A stretch of DNA of 64,000 nt, from positions 254,620-318,619 of the forward strand of contig CAWJDT010000005.1 in assembly GCA_963841735.1 (NCBI GenBank), in the 5' to 3' direction. The translations under genes were made by a program, and so were the position numbers. Positions 37,461-47,361 of the stretch are shown here, in pieces. The notes under the pieces were generated by a model. The model did no database searches. It was not told where the DNA came from and was given only the letters and a program-made list of their open reading frames with translations. Source of the stretch: an uncultured Actinomycetes bacterium (lineage in GTDB: Bacteria > Actinomycetota > Thermoleophilia > RBG-16-64-13). Position 1 is the first letter of the stretch, and each line of letters starts with the position of its first letter.

Positions 37461-37886
37461 CTAGACGGCCACCAGACGATACGAGGCCGTGATCGGCGTA
37501 CCAGCCTTGAGCATCGCCCAAACCGGGCAGAGCTGGCCCTCGGCTATCCGTAGCGCCCGCTCCACCGAGTCCGGGCCCACCCCCGCTCCCCGCACCACGA
37601 AATCCAACTTGATCTCGGTAAGCACGGTGGGATGCTCGTCGGAGCGCACCGCCCGAGCATCGACTTCCAACCCTGTGAGCGGCTGCTTCATCCGTTCGAG
37701 CACCAGTGCGACTGTGCTGCCGCTGCACACCGCCAGACTCGTGAGGAGCATCTGCAGCGGGCTCGGACCTGAGCAGGCCTCGCTAGGCGGCAGAGGATAG
37801 TCGAGTGTGACTGTGTGCCCCCCCACGCTCGCGGCGAATCTCATACCGCTCTCGCGGACGGCGTGCACCTGCATCTCGTTGGGCAT
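37461..37886 (-). CDS. OsmC-like family protein
   Basis: GPSPLQMLL.SLAVC...CPV two-Cys pattern. AGGAG RBS. Confidence 0.88.
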   Translation of the reverse strand: MPNEMQVHAVRESGMRFAASVGGHTVTLDYPLPPSEACSGPSPLQMLLTSLAVCSGSTVALVLERMKQPLTGLEVDARAVRSDEHPTVLTEIKLDFVVRGAGVGPDSVERALRIAEGQLCPVWAMLKAGTPITASYRLVAV

Positions 37887-38017
37887 GCTCGTCTCCTGCC
37901 TTGATAACCAACGGTCGATAGTGGACGCGCTATCGCGCAGGCCAGACACGGCTAGACGATAAGAGACGACGGAGGGCGCCTCAGTCGTGGATCAGAGTCT
38001 TGCGCAGCGCTCGCCCG

Positions 38018-38602
38018 TCAGGGTAGCACTCCTGAGTTGTAGAAGAATGACCACATCTCGCGTTGCGTCAATTTCGCCAATCTGGTATCGGGTGGGTAGT
38101 GATATTTGGCCGGCCAAAGCATGCCAAAGTTCTCGGCAAAGCACTCAAACGGGTTCTTGCGACCATAGTACGGGTAGCAGAACCTGTACACCCACTTGGA
38201 TTCGGGATACCCGCGCCGGGTGAGCTCAAGGTCCCAGGCGGCGTCGATCTGGGGCCTGCCCCCTTTGGCGTCGGCGGCCAGTTGCACCTCGTGTCCAAAC
38301 TCATGAAGTACCTGGTCGGTGAACACCTTGCCCGACTTGAGAATGCACACGTCAATAGATCCCTTGACGGCCCGTCCGCCATAATTGATGTTGACGGTGA
38401 AGTTTGGCCACACTTCCTGGACTATGGCCAACAACTCAGGGTGGTAGTCGAGCACCTCACTGACCATCCGCCGGTGCCACCTGTCCCCGCCCTTGATGGT
38501 ATACGCGTCGGCCGCTCCCGCCACCGATAACACAAGAACGATGGTACAGACCCCGATAAGCACGACCCGCCACATCCCTCGGGTGAAACCGCGCGATCCC
38601 AT
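38018..38602 (-). CDS. secreted zincin-like metalloprotein
   Basis: Signal peptide ending ADA, HEFGH motif and downstream NPFECFAE. GAGGTG RBS. Confidence 0.7.
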   Translation of the reverse strand: MGSRGFTRGMWRVVLIGVCTIVLVLSVAGAADAYTIKGGDRWHRRMVSEVLDYHPELLAIVQEVWPNFTVNINYGGRAVKGSIDVCILKSGKVFTDQVLHEFGHEVQLAADAKGGRPQIDAAWDLELTRRGYPESKWVYRFCYPYYGRKNPFECFAENFGMLWPAKYHYPPDTRLAKLTQREMWSFFYNSGVLP

Positions 38603-38999
38603 ACACCTCGAGTTGGGGCGTTGAGTCCGACAGAGTAGAAGCGGGGGCGGCACCTCCGCCTCCACCAATCGCCCGTGTGAACTCAAATGACGGACGGCAA
38701 GACGACCCAAGAGCGACTTAGTCATGCGCTCACCTCTTGCTCACAGTGTGCACAAATTCTACCACCTGCGAAACCCTCGTGCCAATCCGGCAGGATTTCG
38801 GCAATGCCACGAGGCGTAGACACGAAGGGGCTGTGCAGCGCGCAAAGATCTGGTGAGACCGACAAGGGGGAAGCAACGAAGACCAACTAGTGCCGCACAC
38901 AGGCGGTGCTGCGTATCAACCACGAACAACGGAAAACAGGCGCGAACAACTGCGGCGTTGGCCGAGCGTTGGCTGAGAATTGTCACAACCGGCGACGAT

Positions 39000-39135
39000 T
39001 GTCTGCCTAATAGGGCAGCGATCACATTCGCCGCTTCTTCCGAAAGAGCCGGTACCGCGTGGCTGTAGATGTCGAGCGTCATGGCCACTGTGGCGCGGCC
39101 CAGGCGCTCGGAAATCACCTTGGGGGCGCCGGCGC
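39000..39135 (-). pseudogene. tyrosine integrase C-terminal fragment
   Basis: PKVISERLGRATVAMTLDIYSHAVP matches the box II region, with the LGH His changed to Arg. The rest of the gene is absent. Confidence 0.85.
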
Positions 39136-39166
39136 CCCAGTGTGCCCTTGGCCAACGGCTCGTGAT

Positions 39167-40864
39167 TCACGCCGGCTGCCGGAGCGAGAGTCGCTCTTGG
39201 GCTTGAGCCTGACGGTCCAGGACTTCGCGCACCCGACGGGCCAGGTCCGCGGGCGTGAATGGTTTCTCGAGGTAGTCGACCCCTTCGTCCAGCCGACCGG
39301 AGCGCACAACAGCGTTGCGGGTATATCCGGACATGTAAAGCGCTGGCAGTTCTGGATGGAGGACTCTGGCTGCCTGGACAAGTTCGTCGCCTTGCAGGCT
39401 TCCGGGAAGGACCACATCGGTCAGCAGGAGATCCACCGAAGGACTGGCTCCTTTCAAAGGGGAAAGAGCTTCATCACCGCTCCCGGCCACCAGTATCGTA
39501 TAGCCAAGATGCCCAAGGACCCGTTTGATCAGTACCTGGAGAGCGACTTCGTCCTCCACCACAAGGATGGTTTCGCGCCCGAGGAGCGAGGCTGGCGGTC
39601 CTGCGGCAGCGGCGAGCGCCTTGGCCGGCTCATTGATGCGTGGTAAGTAGACTTTGAAGGTAGTGCCCTGCCCGAGCTCGCTGTAGACGAAGACGCTGCC
39701 GCCGCTCTGCTTGACCGTGCCATAAAGGGTGGCAAGCCCCAGCCCTGTCCCTTTACCCGGTTCCTTGGTGGTGAAGAAGGGTTCGAAAACATGAGACTTG
39801 GTCTCGTCGTTCATGCCCGCCCCAGTATCCGACACGGCCAGCATCACGAAGGCGCCGGGTTTGGCCCCTCCGTGCACCCGGCAGTAATCGTCGTCTAGCT
39901 CAACGTTGGCGGTTTCCAGGGTGAGCCTGCCCCCATCCGGCATGGCGTCCCGGGCGTTTATCGCCAGATTGAGAAGTACCTGTTCGAATTGATGGCGGTC
40001 TACGGCCACCAGGCCAAGCTCGGGGTGAAGAAGCGTGGCCAAATCGATATCTTCGCCCAGGGTGCGAACCAGAAAGCGCTGGCTACTCGTCAGGATCTCG
40101 TTCAGGGAGAGCACCTCGGGCTGAAGGGCCTCGCTCCGGGAGAAGGCCAGGATCTGCCGAGTTAGGGCGCTGCCCCGCTCGCCGGCCGCCTTGATCTCCT
40201 CCACGTCACCGCGAAGTGAGCCGGCGGCGCATTCCTCTGAAGCTAGTATCAGGTCGCTGTACCCGATGATGGCGGTGAGCAGATTGTTGAAGTCGTGGGC
40301 AATCCCGCCCGCCAGCCGACCGATGGCTTCCATCCTCTGGGCTTGATTGAGCCGTCCCTCGCTCTCATTCAGCGCCTTCTCCGCCTGCTTGCACTCGGTG
40401 ATGTCACGGACGATGGATTGGAGAAGGAACTTGCCGTCGATATCGACCCGCCGTGTACTGAGCTCCACCGCAAAACGGGTGCCGTCCGCCTTGATGTGCA
40501 CGGTCTCCACAATCGGAGAGCCTGTCTCCAGTGCTTCCCGTACCCGCTCGCTTTGAGCCGCTCGTCCTTCGAGCGGCACCAGGTCGCACACGCGAAGGCC
40601 GAGTAACTCCTCCCGCCTGTAACCGTGCATCTCTAGAGCTCTGTCGTTGACCTCCAAGAAGCGGCCGTCATCGTCGGACAGAAAGACCGCTTCGTCGGCC
40701 CGTCCTAGCAGATGCGCAAAGCGGGCGTTTGTCGCCGGCCGCTTCGATTCGGTCTCGTTGGCTTGCACGTAGCGCCTCTGTCGACACCGCCCAATGGCCC
40801 ACATGCTGGCCACTCTCTCTCCTGGTGAAGTCACGCACAAATGACCGCATCGTCGGCTGTTCAA
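39167..40864 (-). CDS. PAS hybrid sensor histidine kinase with receiver domain
   Basis: PAS domain, H-box [37 protein letters not shown] and receiver LTDVVLP...KPF. Start uncertain. Confidence 0.93.
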   Translation of the reverse strand: MNSRRCGHLCVTSPGERVASMWAIGRCRQRRYVQANETESKRPATNARFAHLLGRADEAVFLSDDDGRFLEVNDRALEMHGYRREELLGLRVCDLVPLEGRAAQSERVREALETGSPIVETVHIKADGTRFAVELSTRRVDIDGKFLLQSIVRDITECKQAEKALNESEGRLNQAQRMEAIGRLAGGIAHDFNNLLTAIIGYSDLILASEECAAGSLRGDVEEIKAAGERGSALTRQILAFSRSEALQPEVLSLNEILTSSQRFLVRTLGEDIDLATLLHPELGLVAVDRHQFEQVLLNLAINARDAMPDGGRLTLETANVELDDDYCRVHGGAKPGAFVMLAVSDTGAGMNDETKSHVFEPFFTTKEPGKGTGLGLATLYGTVKQSGGSVFVYSELGQGTTFKVYLPRINEPAKALAAAAGPPASLLGRETILVVEDEVALQVLIKRVLGHLGYTILVAGSGDEALSPLKGASPSVDLLLTDVVLPGSLQGDELVQAARVLHPELPALYMSGYTRNAVVRSGRLDEGVDYLEKPFTPADLARRVREVLDRQAQAQERLSLRQPA

Positions 40865-41047
40865 TGCTTCTCTATAACACGTTCATTCATGGTTCAAGTC
40901 CATCTACTTGGTTACAGTGTCCGGCTAGGGCTCGTTTGTGACTGTTGAGGTGAGAGAGCCCCGCGACCACGCGAGCCTCTCCACAAGAAGAAGAGGAGCG
41001 GCCGGTGTCCCCCCCGGCCGCTCCCCGATCCCCATGATGGGATCCTG

Positions 41048-41713
41048 TTACTCTGCCTCTGCCCGCAGCACAGTCTGATCGATAGCGCTTTCAACCATGG
41101 GTAACGCGGTGTATTCGCCGTCCTGCCAATCGACCGGGACGAAGCGCTCCGCCATGGTGTTGTCGATCTTGAAGCGGCCCTGGAACGCGCCCAGCGGCAC
41201 GTAGTAGACACCGGAGACGACACCGATCGACCCGGTCCCCAGAAAGTACACGCATTTGTCGCCGACCTCGCTGAGAGGGGCGCCATCCAGCAACACGCTG
41301 ACTTCGGTCTCCGCGTCCAGTTGCGTCGGCGCCCCGAACTTGTCGCCGTTCACCGTGGCCATAGACGTGACTCCGCCGACTTCAGCGATCGTGATCTCCT
41401 TCCCCTCGGCGACGTCACCCTTCAGGCATTTCGAGACCCTGAAGGTTACTTTGGTATAGGCGGTGGAGTTGAAATCCAAGTACGAAACCTGGGTCACCTC
41501 ACCACGGACGATGAGGTCGGCGGCCTTTTTGAGCTGGTCCACGCTTTCATATACCACCGCGAAATCGGCGCTGGCTGTGACGGTCGGTCGCAAGGTAGGC
41601 GCCGTCTCGGACCCGGCCGGGGCTCCAATGCCTACACCAACGGTGACCGACACGACTATCGCCAACGTCACGAGCGCCAGCAGAGAGATCATCCATCTCT
41701 TGTTCCGCTTCAT
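41048..41713 (-). CDS. exported/membrane-anchored protein with a predicted TIMP/NTR-like OB-fold
   Basis: AAGGAGG RBS, N-terminal hydrophobic segment, ADLIVRGEV...VTFRVSKCLKG...GDKCVYFL pattern. The fold is an inference. Confidence 0.7.
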   Translation of the reverse strand: MKRNKRWMISLLALVTLAIVVSVTVGVGIGAPAGSETAPTLRPTVTASADFAVVYESVDQLKKAADLIVRGEVTQVSYLDFNSTAYTKVTFRVSKCLKGDVAEGKEITIAEVGGVTSMATVNGDKFGAPTQLDAETEVSVLLDGAPLSEVGDKCVYFLGTGSIGVVSGVYYVPLGAFQGRFKIDNTMAERFVPVDWQDGEYTALPMVESAIDQTVLRAEAE

Positions 41714-41724
41714 CAGTCACCTCC

Positions 41725-42396
41725 TTAGTACAGGTAGTTGATGCCCGCGCAGTCGTTATCCTGGCAGGCGTTCACGGTACGGCCGGCGCCGAGCGTGCAC
41801 ATGATCTGGTTCGTATAGACAGTGTGCCCCAGGCCCATGATGTGGCCCATCTCGTGAGCTATGGTCCCCTTCTCGTTGAAGTCGCTAAGGGGATCGAAGA
41901 GGGGTGCGTTGAGCTTAATCTTTCCCCAGTTCCAGTTGGTCACGTACGGACTGATCCACACGCCGTTCAAGATATGCTCGGTCACAGCCGCGATCCCTGT
42001 AGCGGGGTCATAGTAGTAGTTGTCATATACATCCATCACGCTATAGAGCTGGGTGTAGGTACGGAGCCAGCAAATGGGCGTTGTTATTCCGAGACGGTAG
42101 GTCGTGTGTATCCAATCCCATATGGCCGACGTGATGTCACCCTCGTGACCGCTCGCCGAACTGGTGATGTAGTAGTACCTGTCGTTGGCACCGTAGTCGC
42201 CGACACCACCGTTGAGCACGTGTCCGTTGTAGGTGGTGTACGCCCACGCCGTTCCCGCGCACGCCATCACAATGACAATCGTAGCGATCAACACGAGTAG
42301 CAATCGGGGTCTTCCCAAGATCAAGGTCACTCCTCTCATCATTTGCCACAACCATCGAGCCGTCTCCCGTTGCTCCCACCTCCTTGGCCGCTGCAA
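41725..42396 (-). CDS. secreted matrixin-like metzincin protease
   Basis: HEMGHIMGLGH followed by Met-turn QIM. Signal peptide ending AWA. The real start is probably downstream of 42396. Confidence 0.88.
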   Translation of the reverse strand: MQRPRRWEQRETARWLWQMMRGVTLILGRPRLLLVLIATIVIVMACAGTAWAYTTYNGHVLNGGVGDYGANDRYYYITSSASGHEGDITSAIWDWIHTTYRLGITTPICWLRTYTQLYSVMDVYDNYYYDPATGIAAVTEHILNGVWISPYVTNWNWGKIKLNAPLFDPLSDFNEKGTIAHEMGHIMGLGHTVYTNQIMCTLGAGRTVNACQDNDCAGINYLY

Positions 42397-42531
42397 TCCG
42401 CCATCACTTCGGTTGTGTCCAGATGAACGGCAAACATGACGGCAGGCCGCAACCAGGCACCACGGTGTGTCTGAGGGATGGGCGGACTGGGGAACACGAG
42501 TCGTGAGAACGCGACCTGGCTGGGAGAAGCG

Positions 42532-43326
42532 CTATTTCGGGACGTGACCTCGAAGCGCGTCTCCCATCCTGCCGAGAAGGAGTTGCTCTAGTTCGCTGTC
42601 AAGGGGCCTATCTGCGACGAATGCCCCGTCTGACTCCCGAATGACGCCCACCGACTGCAGACCTTGAATGGCAGCCCTCTCCTGCGGATCGATGGTCTCG
42701 GAAACCGGGCTTGTTGGGACGGCTGTCTCAGAGAAGCTGGGGCCAAACGCCTTCCACAGCAACACCGCATACTGCCCCTCAAGTATTGGCTCGGCCGCCG
42801 ATGCACTGGTGACCTCGGATCGGGTGATGAGTCCCTGGTCGACTGCCTCATCCAGCAATAACGCCTGGTCCATTGTTGGGCTGTCAACGGGCTCTGCCGA
42901 CCAGGCAATCCTCGTGAAGACGAGTTGCATCACGTGCTCCACCGCGCTCAGTTTTGTCACCCCGCCGGCGAGCTCTGCCGTGCCCGGATTTGCCAGGGTT
43001 GTATGTGAGTCCTGAGCAACGGTAGATCGGTCGGCCTCCCGGCCGGCGAACGACAAAGATAGCGACAGCGCGAGAACAACAAGGATCAGCATGACGGCCG
43101 CGATCACTATCCGGGGGGCTCTCCACGACCGAGCCCGCGTGCGTGGGCCACGGCCTCTGGCGGTCCGCACGCGGGGTGCCGACGCCGGGGTATCGACACT
43201 CGCCAGTACCCGCCCAAGTACACGCCGCCCCCGTTCACTCTTCACCCACTCCTCCGCGGATGGCCGGGGTGTGGGCCTCGCCGCCCTGATGTCATCTATC
43301 AATCTGTCTTGATCCTCGTCTCTCAT
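42532..43326 (-). CDS. putative anti-sigma factor (single TM)
   Basis: ATGA overlap with the ECF sigma gene. Short cytoplasmic N-terminus, one TM, extracellular domain. Confidence 0.7.
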   Translation of the reverse strand: MRDEDQDRLIDDIRAARPTPRPSAEEWVKSERGRRVLGRVLASVDTPASAPRVRTARGRGPRTRARSWRAPRIVIAAVMLILVVLALSLSLSFAGREADRSTVAQDSHTTLANPGTAELAGGVTKLSAVEHVMQLVFTRIAWSAEPVDSPTMDQALLLDEAVDQGLITRSEVTSASAAEPILEGQYAVLLWKAFGPSFSETAVPTSPVSETIDPQERAAIQGLQSVGVIRESDGAFVADRPLDSELEQLLLGRMGDALRGHVPK

Positions 43327-43922
43327 GACTCTTCCGACTCCCTTGGGATTGGTGGCGAGTCTGCCTTACTATATGTCCGGATCTCGTCAAGAATTGCCAA
43401 GAGGTGTCGCCGTGCTCGACGGAGCGCTTGGGCAAACGCCATGGAACTGCATCCTAGCGACTGGGCCGCCTCCTTGTAGCTCAGTCCATCCCAAGCAACA
43501 AGAAGAAGGGCCTCGCGGTCCTTTGCCGGCAGCATGGACAGAGCCTTTCCGATCAAGAGGCTGCGAGCGCCTGCGAACGGCGCATCTGAGTCGGCTGAGT
43601 GAGCCCACATCACCTGCTCTTCGATACGCTGCTCGAGCGCGAGTCTGCGCCGCTTGCTTCGCATCTGGTTTCCCAGCACTTTGCGGGCGACTCCGTAGAG
43701 CCAGGGAAGAATCTCAACCGGTGCATCGTCTAGACGGCGGGCTAGGACGACAAATACCTCCGACACCACATCTTCGGCCTCGACGAGGGTCGCCCCACGA
43801 TGGCGGGCGTAGTCGAGGATACGGGGGGCATATTCCAGAAACATTGCTTCCAGACGCAGACGACGCTCGCCCGCTGTCCACGTATGCGAGTCGTTTCCTG
43901 TGCTTGGCCGGTACACGTTCAC
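43323..43922 (-). CDS. ECF RNA polymerase sigma factor
   Basis: AEDVVSEVF, PWLYGVARKVL, LPAKDREALLLVAWDGLSYKEAA. Confidence 0.93.
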   Translation of the reverse strand: MNVYRPSTGNDSHTWTAGERRLRLEAMFLEYAPRILDYARHRGATLVEAEDVVSEVFVVLARRLDDAPVEILPWLYGVARKVLGNQMRSKRRRLALEQRIEEQVMWAHSADSDAPFAGARSLLIGKALSMLPAKDREALLLVAWDGLSYKEAAQSLGCSSMAFAQALRRARRHLLAILDEIRTYSKADSPPIPRESEES

Positions 43923-44079
43923 ATCATCTATCCCGAGCCGCGAGCGCCGCAGACCTAGGGGAGCGCGCGCGGCGTGGCAGCAGTTTGATCAGTTGTTGTC
44001 GCAGGGAGCGCTTGTGAGTTCGCACCCCTTGCCACCATACCTTACCCGCGTCCGGCGCACTACCCAGTAAAGCGTCTTT

Positions 44080-44105
44080 TGGAACGCCCCGGGTTTGACG
44101 GAGGC
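44080..44105 (+). mobile_element. solitary IS3-family terminal inverted repeat
   Basis: TGGAACGCCCCGGGTTTGACGGAGGC resembles IS3-family ends. No transposase nearby. Confidence 0.6.
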
Positions 44106-44374
44106 TCGTTCAATCGTATGCCACGACTAGAGTGGCGACTTGCTGATTGTAGCGCTCGAGCATTTTGAGGGGCGAGAGCGGTCCGATCCGGCCCTTCTCG
44201 GAATCCAAGACGACTGGAGTCCCTGGCGCTAGGACCTCGGACAGCGGGGAATGCTACTTAGGAACGTCCGTTGACAACCGGTGCCAGATGGTTCGTTGGC
44301 TGAATGTTGGCTGAAAGGGTCTTCTACCAATACTGCAAAGCGATGAAGGTATGCCTCTACCAGGAAGATCTAGG

Positions 44375-44447
44375 TGGCGGGACCCGGACTTGAACCGGGG
44401 ACACCATGATTTTCAGTCATGTGCTCTACCAACTGAGCTATCCCGCC
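44375..44447 (-). tRNA. tRNA-Phe(GAA)
   Basis: Cloverleaf GGCGGGA...TCCCGCCA, anticodon loop CT GAA AA, T-loop TTCAAGT. Confidence 0.97.
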
Positions 44448-44502
44448 ACGTGACTCGTGACCTGAACCGCGGCATAGCACCGCGGCGCCCGGAAGACCGA
44501 GG

Positions 44503-44576
<74 letters not shown>

Positions 44577-44677
44577 GCGAACGGTATGCGAGATTATCGC
44601 ACGTCTCGAGCCTCTGGCAAGCGCGATTGAAAATCGATCGAAGATGGTTGTGCCGCGCGTGACCCGCGACGTCCAAG

Positions 44678-44749
44678 TGGGCGCAGCAGGATTTGAACCT
44701 GCGACCCCCTGCTTGTAAGGCAGGTGCTCTCCCACTGAGCTATGCGCCC
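44678..44749 (-). tRNA. tRNA-Val(TAC)
   Basis: GGGCGCA...TGCGCCCA, anticodon loop CT TAC AA. Confidence 0.97.
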
Positions 44750-44767
44750 CGGCCCTCCATGAAAGGA

Positions 44768-44840
44768 TGCCCCCAGGGGAATTCGAATCCCCGCCGTCGC
44801 CTTGAAAGGGCGATGTCCTAGGCCACTAGACGATGGGGGC
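44768..44840 (-). tRNA. tRNA-Glu(TTC)
   Basis: GCCCCCA...TGGGGGCA, anticodon loop CT TTC AA. Confidence 0.97.
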
Positions 44841-45007
44841 GTATCTGGCGCTGCGGCAGCCCCCAGGCGCTCTCTCAGCCCGGCGCGCCGCTCACAGCTT
44901 GGAGATGCTAACACGAAGACGCGCCCGACCACCAGCAGTGCAGCCACGCGGCCGTTGCAGCGCGCCGGCCGCGCTTGCCCACCTGCTTCCGACTTGATAG
45001 CCTGAGG

Positions 45008-47214
45008 ATGATGGCACTTCGCCGCAAACCAAGCTCCGATCGCCCCGGGAGCGGTCGCTGGACGACGGCCAAGCCGCGGGTCATTCACATGGGCCGTGCT
45101 GTGCTGCGCGGTGGTTCTGAATGCTCCTGGGTCATCGTGATCCGCTTCACCGACTCCGAACTTCATCCACTTGCTCCCGTCGGGGCGGTCATCGTGTCCG
45201 TCGCGGCGATAGCCGCCGCCCTCGCCGGAGCTCTGGTCGGCCTGATGGCCGCTCTGGCGGCGGTCGCCGTTGCCTTCCTCCTGCTCGCCGACTTCAGCAG
45301 TGGCATTGCGACCGCCAACGCCGTGGCGGTCAGCGGTGGTCTGGGTGGCCGCGGCGGTGGCCACCGGTCTCTTGACCGACCGCCTGCGCGGCAAGTAGCC
45401 GCCCGCCAGGCTGCGCTCGAAGAGACTCTGGAGGTCACCGCCTCGTCCAGGGATACCCTCGGCCGCCTCCTTGACCTCAGTCCCGCAGTTCTTCGAGGGC
45501 GAGACACTCGCCGAAGTCGCCGGGACGATCTGTGACACGGCCGTGTCCACCTTCGGAGCAGACGGCGCGCGCTTGTACCGCCTGAGCGACGATACCATCG
45601 ACATCCTTGCCCTCTGTCCCGCCCCGGAGGAGGTCCAGCCCGGCTTCACCCTGCGGCCCTCGGACTTTCCTGGACTCGATACCATGCTCGCCCAGCACCG
45701 GCCATCGTTCGTTCGCGACCTTCGCCAGATGGATCGCAGAGCAGCTGTCGCGCCAGCTCCGCGCGAGCACCGGGGTAGTGTCGACGGTCCGGGCCCCCAT
45801 CATCGGCCAGGAAGGGCTCGTCGGCGTGTTGGAGCTAGACTGGAACCGGGAGATCGAGAAGCCGACCGACGAGTCTCTCGCCACCATGCAACGCTTCGCC
45901 GACCAGGCCGCCATCGCCTGGCAGAGCGCTCTCCACCTGGAGGCCCAGCGTCGCGCCGATGCTCTCAACGAGACCCTACACCGCGTCGTGGCCCTTGCTC
46001 CCAGTTTTCACATCAGCGGAACCAAGGAGGAAGTGGCCCGGGCCATCTGCGAAGCCGCCGTCGCGACCTTCGACTGCGACCGAGCCTCGCTCTACCAGGT
46101 GCAGGGCGACCGCCTGCGGGTACTGGATTGCTTTCCTCCTCTGGATTCGCTATCCCCCGGCCACACCTTCGCCTTGAGCGAAGACATGCCGCTGGTGCGC
46201 GAGATCCGCTCACGCAAGCCCACCTTCATCCCCGACGTCGACCACCCCAGCCGCCAGATGCGCCCCTGGCCGCCCGAAGTCATCCGCCAAACAGGTACCC
46301 ACTCGGCCCTCTACGTGCCAGTCCGCTTCACCGAGCGCGGCCCGCGAGACCTCCTGGTCCTCAGCTGGAAACGACCCCGAGAACGTCCCGACGACAACTT
46401 CATGGTGATCGTGGAGCGATTTGCCGATCAACTCGCCCTCGCGCTCGCCAGTTCGTCGGCCGAACGCCTGCACGCCCGGCTCGAAGCCAGCCTCCTCCCC
46501 ACGGCTCCGGTCGATCACCCCTTGCTGAAAGCCGTCATCCGTTATCGCCCCGGTGAGCACCGCCTGCGGTTGGGAGGAGACTTCGTGGGCTCGACCGTCG
46601 ATGCCGACGACATCCTCCATTTCATCATCGGCGACGTCAGCGGCCATGGGCCCGACGCAGCCGCTCTGGGAGCGACCCTCCGCTCGACCTGGAAGGCCAT
46701 GGCACTCGCCGGGCGAGAACCTCCCCAAGACGGTCTCTATCATGCGTGAGGTACTCCTGAGTGAACGGAGAGAGCCCAATGCGTTCGCCACCGTCCTGGT
46801 CGGACAAATAGACCTACGGGAACACGAACTGCTTCTGCATCAATGCCGGCCACCTGCCTCCGCTGCTCATCGCCGGCCGAGTCACCCCGCTCGAGACCCA
46901 GCCCTCGGCCCCCCTGGGGTTCGACGAAGGCCGTCGACAGCCCGGTGTACCACTTCCCCTTGCCCGCCAGATGGAGCCTTTTCTGCTATACGGATGGCCT
47001 GATCGATGCCCCCGTGGCCCCCGGAGCCTCGCTACGGTACGGCGAGGAGCGGCTGAAGGAACGTCTTGGGTCCTGGGCAGAGTCTGGGCCCACCGACGGG
47101 GACGTGGACGCCCTCATAGCCGAGATCGAATCCGCCAGCGGCAAGGCCTTCGCGGACGATGTAGCCGTCCTTCTGATCGCCACCAGGGACCCAGCGCACG
47201 AGGCCGGGACCTGA
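45008..47214 (+). CDS. membrane-anchored GAF-GAF-SpoIIE/PP2C phosphatase (several apparent frameshifts)
   Basis: TM segments, two GAF domains, then LGGDF, IGDVSGHG, NAGHLPP, YTDGL, DDVA spread over successive overlapping ORFs. Confidence 0.8.
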
Positions 47215-47361
47215 AGTGAGGCCCTCAGGCACCCCGCGGCCGAGGGGGCACCCCGTAGGCCGCATGGGTGCCCTGGAACGGTTTGCGGACCTTCGCACCC
47301 AAAGTCAAGGGCACCCATGCGGCCCCTCGGGGCACTAAGCGTGTGCTAGGCTTCTAGGCCG

